A stretch of DNA of 64,000 nt from Octopus sinensis (taxonomy: Eukaryota), in NCBI RefSeq assembly GCF_006345805.1, contig NC_043008.1:51088001-51152000 (forward strand). The letters run 5' to 3'. The translations under genes and the position numbers were made by a program. Of the stretch, positions 1 to 14,039 are shown piece after piece. Every line of letters starts with the position of its first letter. Position 1 is the stretch's first letter. The notes under the pieces were generated by a model. The model worked only from the letters and a program-made list of their open reading frames with translations. It searched no databases and was not told the DNA's origin.

Positions 1-932
1 CAAAAAGACTAAAAAGATACGTCTACTATGTCCGACATGTTCAACTAAATCCTTGAAGGGGGTGCCCCAACATGGCCGTTACACATTTCTTTCGTTTTGT
101 CTTTCAATGTTTATCTTCAGGATTTATCTTATACTACAGTGTTATCGACTGCAGTACCAGTCATATACTGATGTCCTTATAATCGACTTAACTTCCTACC
201 TCAAAAAGTTTTGGCCTTATGGTTGTATTACACATTATTGTTTATAAACACATTGTTGATTCCATAATGGGGTAATTGTTAGTGAACTGTACATACTGCA
301 GCGAACATGACAGAGTCTTTAATTCTTAAATTCTACACTAAATTTTCCTCCCGATTTACGTTCATTTTGTAAACCATCATAAACCTTGCATGAAATATTC
401 TTCGAGGAAATTAACCAAACCTGAATTAGAGCATTCATATCTCCTGTTCCTTCACGAAATTCGATTGAATTTCGCTTTCACAAAATTTGATTGGTACCTA
501 CTTATTACTTCAGTATTCTCAATCCATTCCTGTTTTCGAAATATACGTGAATTTTTGAAACCTTACAACGATAAATTCAATATGAATTTTATATTTCTTT
601 ACATTTGATATTACTGAGACGAGATCTATAAAACAAGAGGTTATTGGCCTCATTGCGGTCATCTGCTCATACATTTTTCATTATATCATTAACTTTTATG
701 TCTTTTCCACAACATATGTGGTTTCTCTCTCCTTCATGGCGTCAATATTTGGTCTTTAAATATTCGTTGTACTTTTTCGTTATTCTTTTATCTCGTTTTC
801 ACAATATTTCTACGTCTCCTAAATATTGTAATAGATATTCAATGGAAGCGATCTTCATACATACATACATACATACATACATCATACATACATACATACA
901 TACATATATGTATACATGTGTATATATATGTA

Positions 933-987
<55 letters not shown>

Positions 988-1036
988 GCATACATATACA
1001 TAAGTCTGAAGCAATTAAAATGATGTCTATAGGCAT

Positions 1037-1097
1037 TCGATAACATCAAACGGAAACCTGAGAGATTTGCTTTGAGATATATCTGTGTATATATGTA

Positions 1098-1155
<58 letters not shown>

Positions 1156-1317
1156 GCATACAAACATACGTATATATATATGTATATATATGTGTATGTA
1201 TGTATGTATGTGTATATATATATATATATTATATATATATATATTAATACAGATATACACAGATACACATTTATATCTCAAAGTAAATATCTCAGTTTTC
1301 CGTTAGACGTTTCTCGA
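1037..1317. repeat. Imperfect inverted repeat (arms about 1037-1099 and 1246-1317) enclosing a TA microsatellite
   Basis: tcgataacatcaaacggaaacctgagagatttgctttgagatata versus the reverse complement of the right arm, tcgagaaacgtctaacggaaaactgagatatttactttgagatata. A related arm lies at about 7285-7325 (minus). Confidence 0.75.
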
Positions 1318-1427
1318 AGACTGTATATTTTATCTTATTTGAACGTTTTTCCTTTTTCCCCACCTTATATTTTATGTAGACCCGCACAAAAATTGTACAA
1401 TGCCCGCATGTTGTCTCCTTGAAATAT

Positions 1428-1545
1428 TGTTGTTGTTATTATTATTATTATTATTATATTATATTATTATTATTATTATTATTATAATTATTATTATTAT
1501 TATAATAATAATAATAATATAATTATTATTATTATTATTATTATA

Positions 1546-1595
<50 letters not shown>

Positions 1596-1606
1596 CATTA
1601 TTATTA
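1428..1606. repeat. (ATT)n microsatellite
   Basis: Directly visible. Confidence 0.95.
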
Positions 1607-2910
1607 TGCTGAGATCAACATTGCCTTTCTCGTTTCGGAGTCGATCAAATAAAGTAGCAGACAATTATAGGTTCGATGTAATAAGCTAAATTCTTCTCTC
1701 AAACTTGCTGGCCCTGTGCCAAAATTTAAAAGTATTATTAAAATTCTATTTTTTGTTATTTGTTTACTCTATTTCATAATTTTTACAGCTTGAAATTTTG
1801 TCGATTTTACAGCTGATGCAGCGAACCTTAACTTATAACTACGATAGTTTGAGATTTTTTCCTCAGCTCAGTTTTTGTGCATTACCTACAGCAATCGTTC
1901 TCCGCATTTTGTGGCCATGGTCCCACCAAGAACACATCTTTGCTTCCAGTAAACCTTGTGAAACAGCTTTAAGTTTCATTCATTAATTTCCGTAATATAA
2001 CACAGCTAGTATGCGACACCCTTCAAATGTACCAAGGTCCTTTAGGGGTATATATGGCTCCCGTGAAAAGTGGCTGTCCTGAATAATACACCACAATACA
2101 ATGAAATAAGAACACACAATTTCGGGTTTAATTCATTCGAAAGGTAGCATTTCGAAAGCAGCAGAACATCTAGGGGTCGCGCCCTAAGTGGGCTCAGTTC
2201 CATTAAAATGTAAGGATCTAACAGACCGAAACGCTTCCTTGGTGAGAGTTCTCTTCTGATGATTTTGCCTACTGTTCGCTCGCTCTATATTGATATTCCA
2301 CATGCATCTTTCTATAATAGTTCTTTTCGACATCTGGAATGTGCCAAAAGTATCCCCTAGCACTGACACTCCTTCGACATTTTTATCTCCAACACACAAC
2401 TTCCATTTTCAGATATTGGTATTCTCACTACTTTTTGTTCTTCCTCACAAACTCCAGACTTTACTATGACATGAATTTCTACACAACGCTCTAGTTTCTG
2501 GATTATATTGTTTGTATTTTTTAAAGTGGATTACTTTGGTGATGTCTATTGTTCAAATTGTTTCAAAGAATGATGAGTGGTTGTTTTAAATTTTCACCTG
2601 AATGTACACGAAAACTGACAATTTTGAAAAGCTCTTTGTTAACATAGAGTACGAAAGCTTTCATAAGTGAAGAGAAAACAAAACCTAACAATATGTACGT
2701 GAATCTCGCCAACCAGACTTCAAAAACCGAGAACCAAACAAAAGCAAGAATGTTTCTATGGATTTTGATAGAATGTTTTGACCAGTTTGTTCATAACAAC
2801 GACAAGAACATCAACACACAGCTTTTGCACACAACGCTGAATTTACAATCAAATCTTTTGAAATGCGGTGTAAAATAAGAAAACTTTATAGATAGGCATA
2901 GGCGTAGATA

Positions 2911-3078
2911 GGCGTAGGAGTGGGGGGGTGGTAAGTAGGTTGCTTACGAACCACATCGTTCCGGATTCAGTCCTACTGCGTGGCACCTTGGGTAAGTGTC
3001 TTCTACTATAGCCTTGGGCCGACCAAAGTCTTGTAAGTGGATTTGGTTGACGGAAACTGAAAGAAGCCCGTCGTATAT
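2911..3078 (+). mobile_element. tRNA-derived SINE, family A (5' half)
   Basis: ggcgtaggag...ggttccggattcagtcc head, CORE-like ccttgggtaagtgtctt, ends gaaagaagcccgtcgtata. Confidence 0.85.
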
Positions 3079-3100
3079 ATGTTGTGTCACACACAAACAT

Positions 3101-3144
<44 letters not shown>

Positions 3145-3309
3145 TCACATGCATATACATAACAAGTAAAACTAATCGCCACATCAAAGTGGATGATTTA
3201 ACCCGAGGCAGATTAACTTTACTCGTTAGTATAGTTACTACTCTGATCTCTTCTTGACATTTTACAACTATATACATATATATATATATATTATATATAT
3301 ATATATAAT

Positions 3310-3351
<42 letters not shown>

Positions 3352-3974
3352 ATATATCGCTTCTGGGAAATCAACAGAGATTTATTTTTATAGCTTTAAG
3401 AAATCATTAGTATTTCTCCATTACGGTATCCGGCAACTCAATATAATCTATTCAATTTGAATTAGTTTTTGAATAATTCTCGTGAAAATGAGTTTGTTAT
3501 TGTAATACATGGTCTAAACCTTTGTGTAGATCCGTTGTGAGCTGAATTGCCCTTGTAAGCAATTGTTAATTTTTACTATGGAAAGTGCCTGTTAGCCTCT
3601 AGCTAACCCAGTTCGATTTCTAAAGAAAGAGGTGCTGTGAGGATGCGAGCGACAACGATTGACTCTTAAGAAGTACAGAAAATAAAAGGTGACGTTAGCT
3701 ATATTTGAACACTCGACAGTGAATGATCAAATAATGTACCATAGTCTAAGAATTGTACCAATTCGCCTCTTTGCAGCGAAGTCTATGCCTGTGACAATAA
3801 CCAGAGAGCTAAGTGGAGGTAATTTACGAGATATAAACTGCGAACATCTGTTGCTTCTAAAGATAGAGACTGTGCAAATAATGCTTGTTTATTTGGCAAA
3901 GAATAACACTAGTCTTTACTTTAGGCATGCGATGGGCTCAAGGTCTCCAATTTTACATTTCTCCTCAACTGTCT

Positions 3975-3975
3975 G

Positions 3976-4067
<92 letters not shown>

Positions 4068-4287
4068 CGTCTTTATGTCAATGTTTGTGTTTGTGATTCA
4101 GAATGTATTAGTTGTGATTCTTGCCCGACTGCGTGCACATGTAACTTCATATTCTTCAACAAGTTTATGTGCATTTGTGTCTCTAAGCACGTACGTATGT
4201 ATGTATGTATGTATGTATGTATGTATGTATGTATGTATGTATGTATGTATGTATGTATGTATATATGTATGTATGTATGTATGTATC
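3975..4287. repeat. (TATC)n and (TATG)n microsatellites
   Basis: Directly visible; source of the spurious IYLS and MYVC ORFs. Confidence 0.95.
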
Positions 4288-5051
4288 ATGTGTGATATAT
4301 GTATGGTATGAATGTATGTATGTGTATATATATGTATATATATGTAGGTATGAGCGAGTTTCTGTTCGCGTAGGTGTTTGTATGTCTAATAGCTTTTGTG
4401 TTGGAATGAGTGAATACTTGTCTATAAATATTTGTAAGTATATTATATATATATATATATATAGATATATACATTTATATATATCTGTGAATGCGTGTAT
4501 TCGTGTGTGCGTGTTCGTGCGCGAGCGTGTGGTGTGAGTGTTTGTGTGTGTTTGTGTGTGTGTGTGTGTGTGTGTATGTGTGTGTGTGAGTGTGTGCGTG
4601 CGTGTGTGTGTGTGTACGTGTGTGTGTGTTTGTATTTATGCGTGTTTGTGCGTGTTTGTGCAGGCGTGAATCACACTGGTCGGTTGCTGACACTCAAAAG
4701 TCTTTAGAGATGAGATATTCATACACACGTCTCTTCCAAGTTTGTTGTTACACATGTCTGCCTCGCTGTGTGTATGTGTATGGATGTGTGTATGAAAGTG
4801 TGCATATGTCTGCGTGTTCGGTACTAAAACTATTAAAACATGTCTGTAGGTGTTTGGTGATAGTTGAACATTCGTGGACACACACAAAAATACACACAGG
4901 TATTTGTATATAGCTGCTACTGTTAACCTTTAAACTCAGATCAATCTTTACTCAGTGTGTCCAAGATCAAAGACTAGAGTGTCATGATCACGTCGGCCTT
5001 TATAAAACATAGTCTATCTAGGACATCATCCTTCAGTAATTAGAACGAATC

Positions 5052-5271
5052 TAGGACATTTACCCTCGATGGACAATAACCACACCCATGGACAATAACA
5101 CCCGCCCTCATGGACAATAACCACCCCAAGGGCAATTAGCCTTGAGGACAACAGATGTTGATATAAAACTTCTTAAATATATTGGAGAGGGGGTAATTAA
5201 CCAAAGGGAGTAATTGTCCAAGGGTGGTAGTTGTCGTCCCGAGAATTTTCCTATGGGGGGTAGATGCCCTG
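5052..5271. mobile_element. Fold-back/MITE-like element with modular subterminal repeats
   Basis: Left half has repeated GGACAATAACC-like units. Right half has inverted units (gggtaattaacc, gagtaattgtcc, ggtagttgtcg, gggtagatgccct). Confidence 0.6.
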
Positions 5272-5439
5272 ATAAAATTATGTTGTAGCTTGTAGCTTTT
5301 GTAAAACTTAACTGTTATTTCTAGTAAGTTCGACTCTTTGAAATGGTAAAGTAATCTTCTCGTAAGGGCCAGTTTCCCTGTTTTTATGTCGTATATATCC
5401 CCCACACAACTGGAAGGTTGGGACCCCGGTCCGTAGCAG

Positions 5440-5589
5440 GATTACTTATTTTTGCTAGCTGAGTGGACTGGTGCAACATGAAATGAAGATTTTTGATCAA
5501 GAATACAAATGTGGTGCCCAGTCCAGGAATCGAAACCACAATCTTATGATCTGAAGTTCAACGCCCTAACCACTTAACCATGCCCCTCC
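5440..5589 (-). mobile_element. tRNA-derived SINE, family C (old, 5' part)
   Basis: Aligns by eye to the copy at 53309-53630 (gctgagtggactgg, ggaatcgaa, ccctaaccact). Confidence 0.7.
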
Positions 5590-5631
5590 ATAACTCTTTG
5601 ACATGCCACAAATATGTGTCTCTTTGAATCT

Positions 5632-5850
5632 TCTATCTTTTACTTGTTTTAGTAATTAGACTGCGGTCATTCTGGAGCACTGCTCTGAGAAAGTTTTAGT
5701 CGAATGAAACAACCCTGGTATTTAGTGTTTTTTTAAAGCCTGGTGCTCATTTTATAGTCTTATTTGCCGAACCACCAAGCTACAGGGACTTAAACACACC
5801 AACACCGGTTGTCAAGCGGTAATGGAGGACAAACACAGATGCAAACATAA
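5632..5850 (-). mobile_element. SINE family A (3' half, diverged)
   Basis: ttttacttgtttt, ctgcggtcattctggagcac, gccgaacc, aacaccggttgtcaagcggt. Confidence 0.75.
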
Positions 5851-5973
5851 ATACGCACACTTACGAGCGTGCAAAATCTCACACTCACACAAACACGCAC
5901 GAACGCACACGCACATACGCACACACATATATTTATGTATGTGTACATATCTATCTATCTATCTATCTATCTA

Positions 5974-6165
<192 letters not shown>

Positions 6166-6489
6166 GTCTGTCTGTCTGTCTGTCTGTCCGTCCGTATATC
6201 TGTCTGTCTATCTGTCTGTCTGTCTATGTTTTGGAGATTTTGTTACTAACAAGAAAGTATAGTGTCGAGACACCAGAGTATGACGATCTGCCAATGACAT
6301 TCTGTGCGGCACCTGAGTTCTTTCTTTGCACAAAAGTCACTTGTAGGAGTTTCCCTGCAACGAACGTTTAAAGCTATCACCCTTCTATATTTGTATGTTC
6401 ATTATGAATATCATACGACTTCATTTTAACCGTAATGTCTTTAGATTTTCTTCGCCAAAAGAAACTATATGAAACAAGAATTATAGATA

Positions 6490-6920
6490 TGGAGTATTAC
6501 ACTGGAATATTTTCCAGCATTAGAAAATACCAACATTACAGAGATGGCATAGGTATACAAATGTAAAGACGTCAGTGGCCATAAAGTGGAAAGTACCAAT
6601 GCACAGAGAGTGGGAAAGCAAAGCTTATGCGCTTCATATTATTATCAAGTATTACCGAGAAAATAGTGTAACCTCATCAATGCATTTGTCCTTATAATCG
6701 ATAATGCTTCTATAAAAAAAAAAATTGAGAAATTATCTGGATATAAAGATCTAGCAACAAAGATGATCTAAATATTTGGTATGAAAAAGAATCAGTCTCT
6801 CTAAAAATAGAGATCTAGGGAATGGTTTTAAAAAAATGATGGGAAAAAATATGCACATAAAAATATCTTGAGACTTATAAATATGCACAGCGTACAGAGA
6901 GAATAGTACGATTGGATAGA
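6490..6920 (+). mobile_element. Degenerate restriction-like-endonuclease (R4/Dong-like) non-LTR retrotransposon fragment
   Basis: Broken frames give GVLHWNIFQH*KIPT..WHRY, LHIIIKYYRENS and LINAFVLIIDNASIKKKIEKLSGYKDLA. These resemble the RLE motif series HW..C / PD / lID...P.d.n...ke.eK..kY.dL. Confidence 0.7.
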
Positions 6921-7207
6921 ACAATAGAAAATTGAAAACCCAAAATAATACACCGCATATAACCGATAGATTGAAAGTTGCACTCGATGGTGCAGTGAAA
7001 TCACGCTATAAAAAAAAACCTACTGAACGGTAACAATGGACATCATGTGTGTGTTTGTGTTACATATTGTAGGCATGTATGAATATATATATATGTATAT
7101 ATATATATGTATGTATGTATATATATATATGCAGATATATTTACACAGAGCTCTATAATATAATACACACACATACATATATATATAGATATACGCACAC
7201 ACACACG

Positions 7208-7243
<36 letters not shown>

Positions 7244-8111
7244 CACGCGCGCACACGGCATACACTATATTGGTTCGGCAATGATTTAGATTTCCGTTTG
7301 ATGTTATCGAATGCCTTTCAAACAGATTTTTTAATATGGTCTCTTAATGCAACATTGCTTTATTCCTTCTTATTTGTTTTTCAAACCTACGCCATACTAC
7401 ATATATACACTGCAAAACTTCCCTTTACTTCTAATGAACACATTGGCTATCTGCCCTACACCCTCTTCTGCTCTTTCAACCATCATTAGTTTACCTTAGT
7501 TTTGTGACGTCAGTTTTCCTAAGCAATATGTTTGTTGCTCGAAATGCTAGAAATAGCAACAAACTGACAGTAAATTCAAAGAAATGACATAAAAGTAGGC
7601 AATTATATATTTGGATTTCCATGAACCATCGACGGATACACAACCTCGTTGCGTATAACCTACTAGAGTTTGCAGTCAAATCTTCTTTCAGTCGCTTACC
7701 GGCCGCTTCCAACACGGAAAATTCAAGATGGATAATCGTTTCTAGTTTGGGCACAAGGATAGTTATTTTAAGAGAAAATGGAGAAATCGACGACAATGAT
7801 CCCAGTAGTCAACTGGTAATAATTTTATCGAACTCGAAAGGATGAAAGACAAACTCTACCACGGTGGTATTTGAACTCAGATCAGGAAGAAATGTCACTA
7901 AGCCTATTGTACTGCGCAGTAACGACTCTACCCAGTTGCTGTCTCGATACGCTAAATCAGGGGTTTCTAACCTTATTTTGTTTGTGGACCACATGAGACC
8001 TATCTTATCTGTGGACCTTATATTTGCACATGTAGATTTTTGAAATAAAATATTTGTTTTCAGTTTGGTAAAAACTAACTAAAGAAGTTACCTGTTCTAG
8101 ATTCGTAAAGC

Positions 8112-8259
8112 CGGCGTGGCTGAAAGGGAAGAAGTTTGCTTTCGAACCGTTTGATCCCGGGTTCAGTATCAGAGCATGACACCTTGCGCAAGTCTCCTCT
8201 ACTATAGTCCCTGGATGATGGAAACTGTGAGGGAAACATTCGTACACATATGTGTCGGC

Positions 8260-8302
<43 letters not shown>

Positions 8303-8505
8303 TGCGCCTGTGTGTATGTCAGCCATGTCAGTGCTTAGCAGTCGGTTTACTTCTCAATAGATTAGCGGTACGGTGAAAAGAGGGCCATAGAATAAGTACC
8401 GGGATTAAGTTAAATAAATACTGGTGTCGATTTGTTTGATTAAACTCTGCAGTGCGCTGCTCCAGCATGGGCGCACTCCAATGCCTAAAAGAAGTTATAG
8501 ATAAA
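8112..8505 (+). mobile_element. SINE family A (diverged, full length, internal GT repeat)
   Basis: Head ggcgtggc...ccgggttcagt; tail tagaataagtacc...gctccagcatgg. Confidence 0.75.
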
Positions 8506-9124
8506 AAAAATAGTGAAATTTAACTCTTTGTGATGCTGTTTTGCTTTTTATGCCAGATTAGCTCTGACTGGGAGGAGGGGGTAGTTGCGATCAAATGCGT
8601 TCCAGCTTTGACCATCCTGTCTTTTGTAGATAAAAATTTATTATCGAACGAGTCCATCTTCTATAAGTCATTATCTTTTGATTTCAGAGAGATTTAATAG
8701 TTATTTCAACCAGTTTAAGCGATCATACAGATATTCCACACATTGGATCCTAATGAAATATGCTAATAAATTTGAAACTGCTGTTGTTACCGTTCTTTAA
8801 CCCCAGGTCAGTTCTGTTCATATCAATTCATGATGAAAGAATTTCCAGCCTTCTTCAACATCTCGTATTTTGTTACGTTGAGCCACACACGTTTAAGATG
8901 TACTTTCTCTTTTAAGATGTCCGGGTTTGATTTACGAACGGTTTAAGCTCGAGTGAGGGTTAGAGACCAAGTCTTCGGTGCTCACTCACTATTTACATAT
9001 TAGTTATTCAGATATACAAAGGCAACGATTTTAGATTCGCTGCTCTGTAGCAGAATTCTTCAAGGATTAGTCTGTATCATCGTACCAGAATCACCAATAA
9101 CTTGTGTATGAATTATTAGTTGAA

Positions 9125-9330
9125 GATTTTGGCACAAGGCCAGAAAACTCAAGTGAGTGTAAGTCGATTACATCGACCGAAGCACTCAAATGGAACTTAT
9201 TTTATCGATCTCGAAAGGATGAAAGGCAAAGTCAAACTTAGCCGATTTTGAACTCAGAATGTCAAGAGAAACTAAATGCCATTCCGCATTTCATCCGGCC
9301 TGGTAAACGATTCCGCCGGCTCGTCGCCTA
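9125..9330 (-). mobile_element. SINE family B (Meta-domain-like)
   Basis: gtcgattacatcgacc...ttttatcgatctcgaaaggatgaaaggcaaagtc...tttgaactcagaa. Confidence 0.75.
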
Positions 9331-9461
9331 ACATTGTGGATGAAACATTATCGGCAGAAAATACATGTATGTGTGTGTATGGTCACATATATGCATGTAT
9401 GTATGTATGTATTAGTAGTAGTATGTATGTATGTATGCATGCATGCATGCATGCATGCATG

Positions 9462-9495
<34 letters not shown>

Positions 9496-10343
9496 TGTAT
9501 GTATGTATGTATGTATGTATGTATGTATGTATGTATGTATGTATGTATGTATGTATGTATGTATGTATGTATGTATGTATGTATGATTATAACAGGTCAC
9601 CCTTAGTACCACTGATAACACGTAACCCACTAGAACCTGGCGCATGGCTGGGCCATCGGTGATTAAACTGGCAGCCTTATCAAAACTCCTGGTTTTGCGT
9701 TGGACACTGCAGAAGACAAGAAATTTCCAAAATAACACCAGCTTGATTGTGAAAGCAGGGATCCTGCTCTTCCTTCTTTCTGGTCTACTTGTTGCCGTAG
9801 GTGAAAGTTGCATATCTAGTTTCAGAACTGACACGGCTGGCAGCAATTGACGTTAACATCAAGGATAAAATAAATTAATGACCATACTCGTCAAGCTGAG
9901 AGCCACCATATATATATATATATGTATGCATCTATGTATGTAAATATGTAATATGTATGTATACATGCGTGTGTGTGTGTGTGTTTGTTTGTATGTAATC
10001 ATGCATGCAAGCATTCATGTACATATGTACGTATGTATATATGCATGTGTGTATATATTTATGAATGTATATTTGAATGTTTGTGTGTGTGTGTGTGTGC
10101 TTGTGCGTCTTTTCAAAATAACTATGAATTGATCAATTCATTTCTATTTATAATTGTCACTAATCTCACACACACACACACACACAAACACAAGTCTATG
10201 AATAATGACAGATTATCTAATCAGCAACGAACACATATATATATAACTAAAAGCATTTAAAAATTGACTCCTATTTCTGCACGGAAACTTATACATAGAT
10301 ATAAGCATAAATATATGCATACGTACGCATATATCTAAATATC

Positions 10344-10377
<34 letters not shown>

Positions 10378-10581
10378 GTGTAAGTTAGATGTTGAGAAAC
10401 CAACTAAGGGATAGTCCTATCCAATATACTACTGGAAGTGTACCCAGATATTCATACCCAAGTACTAGTTACTGCGTGGTAATCTCGCAATTGCGTATTA
10501 TATACGGTGGGTTGATTTATACACACCCTTTGATTTATACACACCCACACATACTCATATATATAATGTTATATATATATA

Positions 10582-10648
<67 letters not shown>

Positions 10649-10973
10649 GGCGTGTGTGTTATTTTCTTTACATTTTCCTTCAGAGGCAACATTCTGCGGC
10701 TGATCGATAAACAACAAAAGCATTGATGTGTGACAGCTGCTATAAATAGATGATCAACCATTGATTAATGACATCATGCGTATCATCTGGCGCCTTTTTT
10801 CTTTTTCTTTTTTATATGCGCTGCATGCTTTCAAGTAGCGGGGAAAATAAGAAAGACACCGAATAGATCTTTCAGTGGGCAGGTTTCCATGTGTGTGCGT
10901 TTAGGTGTCTGGCTGTGAGTGTGTATGAAGGAGAGCGTCGCTACACGTGTGTATTTAACTCTCTCTTTCCCCC

Positions 10974-11030
<57 letters not shown>

Positions 11031-11374
11031 TATATATCACTCTCACTTTCTCTCAGTCTATACTTGTGTCTCTCACACACACACACATATATGTATATGA
11101 TGTATGTATATATATATATATTTGTTTTATTTCTTTTACTCCTAGAGCACCTCTTTTGGCCGAACAGATCGACTCCATGACTTATTCTTTGTAAGGCTAG
11201 TACTTATTCTATCAGTTTTTTTGTCGAACCGCTATGACATATGCGGATATATGCATAGCATATATATAATGTATGATATACATGTTTGCATTCGTGTTTA
11301 AAGAGATTGATAGGATGTAGGACCAGACTAGGTCAAGAGATGTTCATGTATCACCACCACCACCACGACCATCA

Positions 11375-12608
11375 TCATCATCATCATATTGAGCATCATC
11401 ATCTTCATCGTTAACATGTGTTTTCCATGGTTGCATGGGTTGGACGGTCCGAGGGGAGCTGGTATGGTCAGCGTTCGCACCAGGCACCACTGTCACTTCT
11501 GGCATGGTCTCTGCCACTGGATACCCTTCCTAACACCAACCACTTCACACAGTGTTCTGGGTACTTTATATGCAGCATCAGTGACAGTGCTTTTTATGTG
11601 TCACCAGTACCAGTATCAGTTCTGTGGCAGACGTGTCTTCCTGAGTACGGCTAGGTGCAGATATAATCGGTCCTTTGTCATTTCCTTCATGAGGTCCAGT
11701 CTCTTGAGATTGGCCTTCAGTACCTCGTCACATGCCCACAAGTTTCATCCACTTTCCGTTATCGGCATTTCTCTATACAACTGTCTACATCCATACGCAT
11801 CATATGTGCACTGACATTGCACATCCAGCGAAGCCTACTAGCTTCTTTTCTCTCGAGACTTCATATGTATTCTGGGTTCAGGACTCACACCTCATTACTA
11901 TATAGCTTGCTGTTCTTATATGTGCATCACACGATCTTTCCTTCACTCGGGGAGAGAGACATTTGGTTACCATCAGAGGTAAATGCTCTCTGAATTATCT
12001 TCAGCATAGCTTTAATCTTGCGACTACACTTGCCGCGCATCCTCTTCCACAACTAATTATATCCCCTACGTAGCGGAAATTGTTCTCTACCCCTAAAGAG
12101 CCTTCAGAGCATTTGAGAAAATCGATTCCTCGTCATCTATAGATTTTATGACCATTTACTTGATTGGGGAAGACCCTTGTCCGTATTCTAGTCTACTAGA
12201 ATATTAGTTGTTGCTAAATTAACGTTGAGGCTCTTTGATTCCTGATTTTCGTTCTGCAACTAGAATTTTGTTTTTCTTTTCCTAGTTCTGTTACAGAAAC
12301 CGCTACCAGAGCAATATCATCAACATATAACAGTTCCCGGAAAGAATCGGTGTTGAATTCCTCAGTTACGGCTTGAAGGACGATGATGAAACGGAGGTGA
12401 GTGAAAACCGAACAGTGATGAAGCCCTACCAGTACATTAAATTCATTGCTATATTTGTTGTTAACGTTCATTTTACTGACAGAACCTCTATACATGGCTT
12501 CCCCGGCTTCCACAAATCTCTCGTCTACGCCTAGCTACTTTAGAGTCCATCATATCACATGGCTGAATACGCTGTCAAAGTCTCTCTCCAAGTCAACAAA
12601 CACTAAAA
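11375..12608 (-). mobile_element. Degenerate 5'-truncated RTE-clade LINE (RT domain to 3' end)
   Basis: ORF 12214-12513 AMYRGSVSKMNVNNKYSNEFNVLVGLHHCSVFTHLRFIIVLQAVTEEF...ELLYVDDIALVA matches the RT GvhQGsvLSP and LLYADD motifs. Upstream VFVDLE.DFD. The 3' end ccgtccaacccatgc...gttaacgatga leads into a (GAT)n tail. Confidence 0.9.
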
Positions 12609-12628
12609 ACATATATATATATATATAT

Positions 12629-12790
12629 ATACTAAGCAATTAAGGGTTTAGCAACGAATTGCCTTCCTTAATTGCTTAGTATTACTTAAATTTTCCTCGA
12701 ATGAGGCTTTTACATGCCGAAGACTACTTGGGTAATTGATAATTATTCCAAATTAATTAATTTCACCCTTCATTGTTTACTCATAACTAT
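12629..12790 (+). mobile_element. Short Penelope-like fragment: perfect 17-bp hairpin followed by a degenerate hammerhead-like motif, within TA repeats
   Basis: atactaagcaattaagg/ccttaattgcttagtat arms, then CGAATGA-GGC-ttttacat-GCC-GAA. Confidence 0.45.
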
Positions 12791-12791
12791 A

Positions 12792-12837
<46 letters not shown>

Positions 12838-13018
12838 GTATATATATCATATACATATATATATATATATGTATGTGGTGTGTGTGTGTGTGTGTGTATA
12901 AAGTGTGCATATGGGTATGATTGGATGCGTTCCACGTGCAACAATTAAATCATTCATATATCGGCTCCACTGTCACTCGTACATTTATATGCATATATGT
13001 ATACACGCACACACCCCT

Positions 13019-13049
<31 letters not shown>

Positions 13050-13554
13050 CATTCATGTATTCATGTATGTTTGTATATATGTACACCAAAATAGAATCGT
13101 ACTTAGATTTACTACGAAAATAAAGAATAATAAATGGTATGAGAAAGGATGTGGGGAGTATGAGGGGAAGGAGGTATGAGCTAAAGATAGAGAAGGGGAG
13201 AGAGGTTGAAACAGAACGAGAGAGAGAGAGAGAGACAGAGAATCAAATGAAAGAATTCTGAAGAATATCCGATATTAAAAACAGCTAAATAGATGAGATG
13301 AGAGGAAACTCCAAGAATCTATCATCTTCTCTTTATTACAAAATACTTGATATCTGGGACTACCTCATAAGAATAGGAAAGAATTCCTGGCTGGCCATTT
13401 TTACCTAAAGCATCTTAAACGTGTCTATAAATATGTTATGCATCTTTATGGTTTAGGCTTATTACGAATTCTTCTCAGTTTTACTGAAGGCATGCACTTT
13501 GCAGCTTTATATTTGCATGTGCACATCTGTGTGGGGATATAGTTTAGCTTCTGT

Positions 13555-13990
13555 CCGTTATTTTTTTTTAGTCATTGGATTGCAGCTATTCTGGGGCAGA
13601 GCCTTGAAGAATTTTAATGACAAGGTACGACCACAGCACTTCTGTTTGGTTTTTGTATTAAAGGTTGGTATTCATTGTATGATGAGTTCAGTTTTGCCGA
13701 ACCGCTAGGTAACGAGAACGTAAACAGAGCAGCACCGGTTGTTAAACGGTGGTGGGAATCAAAAGCAGATACAAAAACACATACACAAGCACGCACACAA
13801 ATATATACCCGCACGCACACACACACACACGCACACACACAACGGGATTCTTTCAGTTTCCCTCTATCAAATCCACTCTCAAGGCTTCGGATAGCTCCAA
13901 GCTATAATACAAAACACTTGACCAAGTGGGACTGAACTCGCAATCATGTGGTCAGGAAGCAAACTTGTTACCTTATACCCACACCTGCAT
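13555..13990 (-). mobile_element. SINE family A (diverged)
   Basis: gtcattggattgcagc, ttttgccgaaccgctag, tctttcagtttcc, gtgggactgaactc. Confidence 0.8.
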
Positions 13991-14006
13991 GTTTATAGAC
14001 ATGCAT

Positions 14007-14039
<33 letters not shown>

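Noticed and set aside
490-540. AG|GAA TGG on minus as a possible next nAChR exon (EW...)
   Set aside because: Continues EWIENTEVISRY, with no pyrimidine tract and no W.PDI motif.
2000-2460. Non-repetitive stretch with ORF 2184-2399, faintly like a LINE ORF1
   Set aside because: No diagnostic motif I can support.
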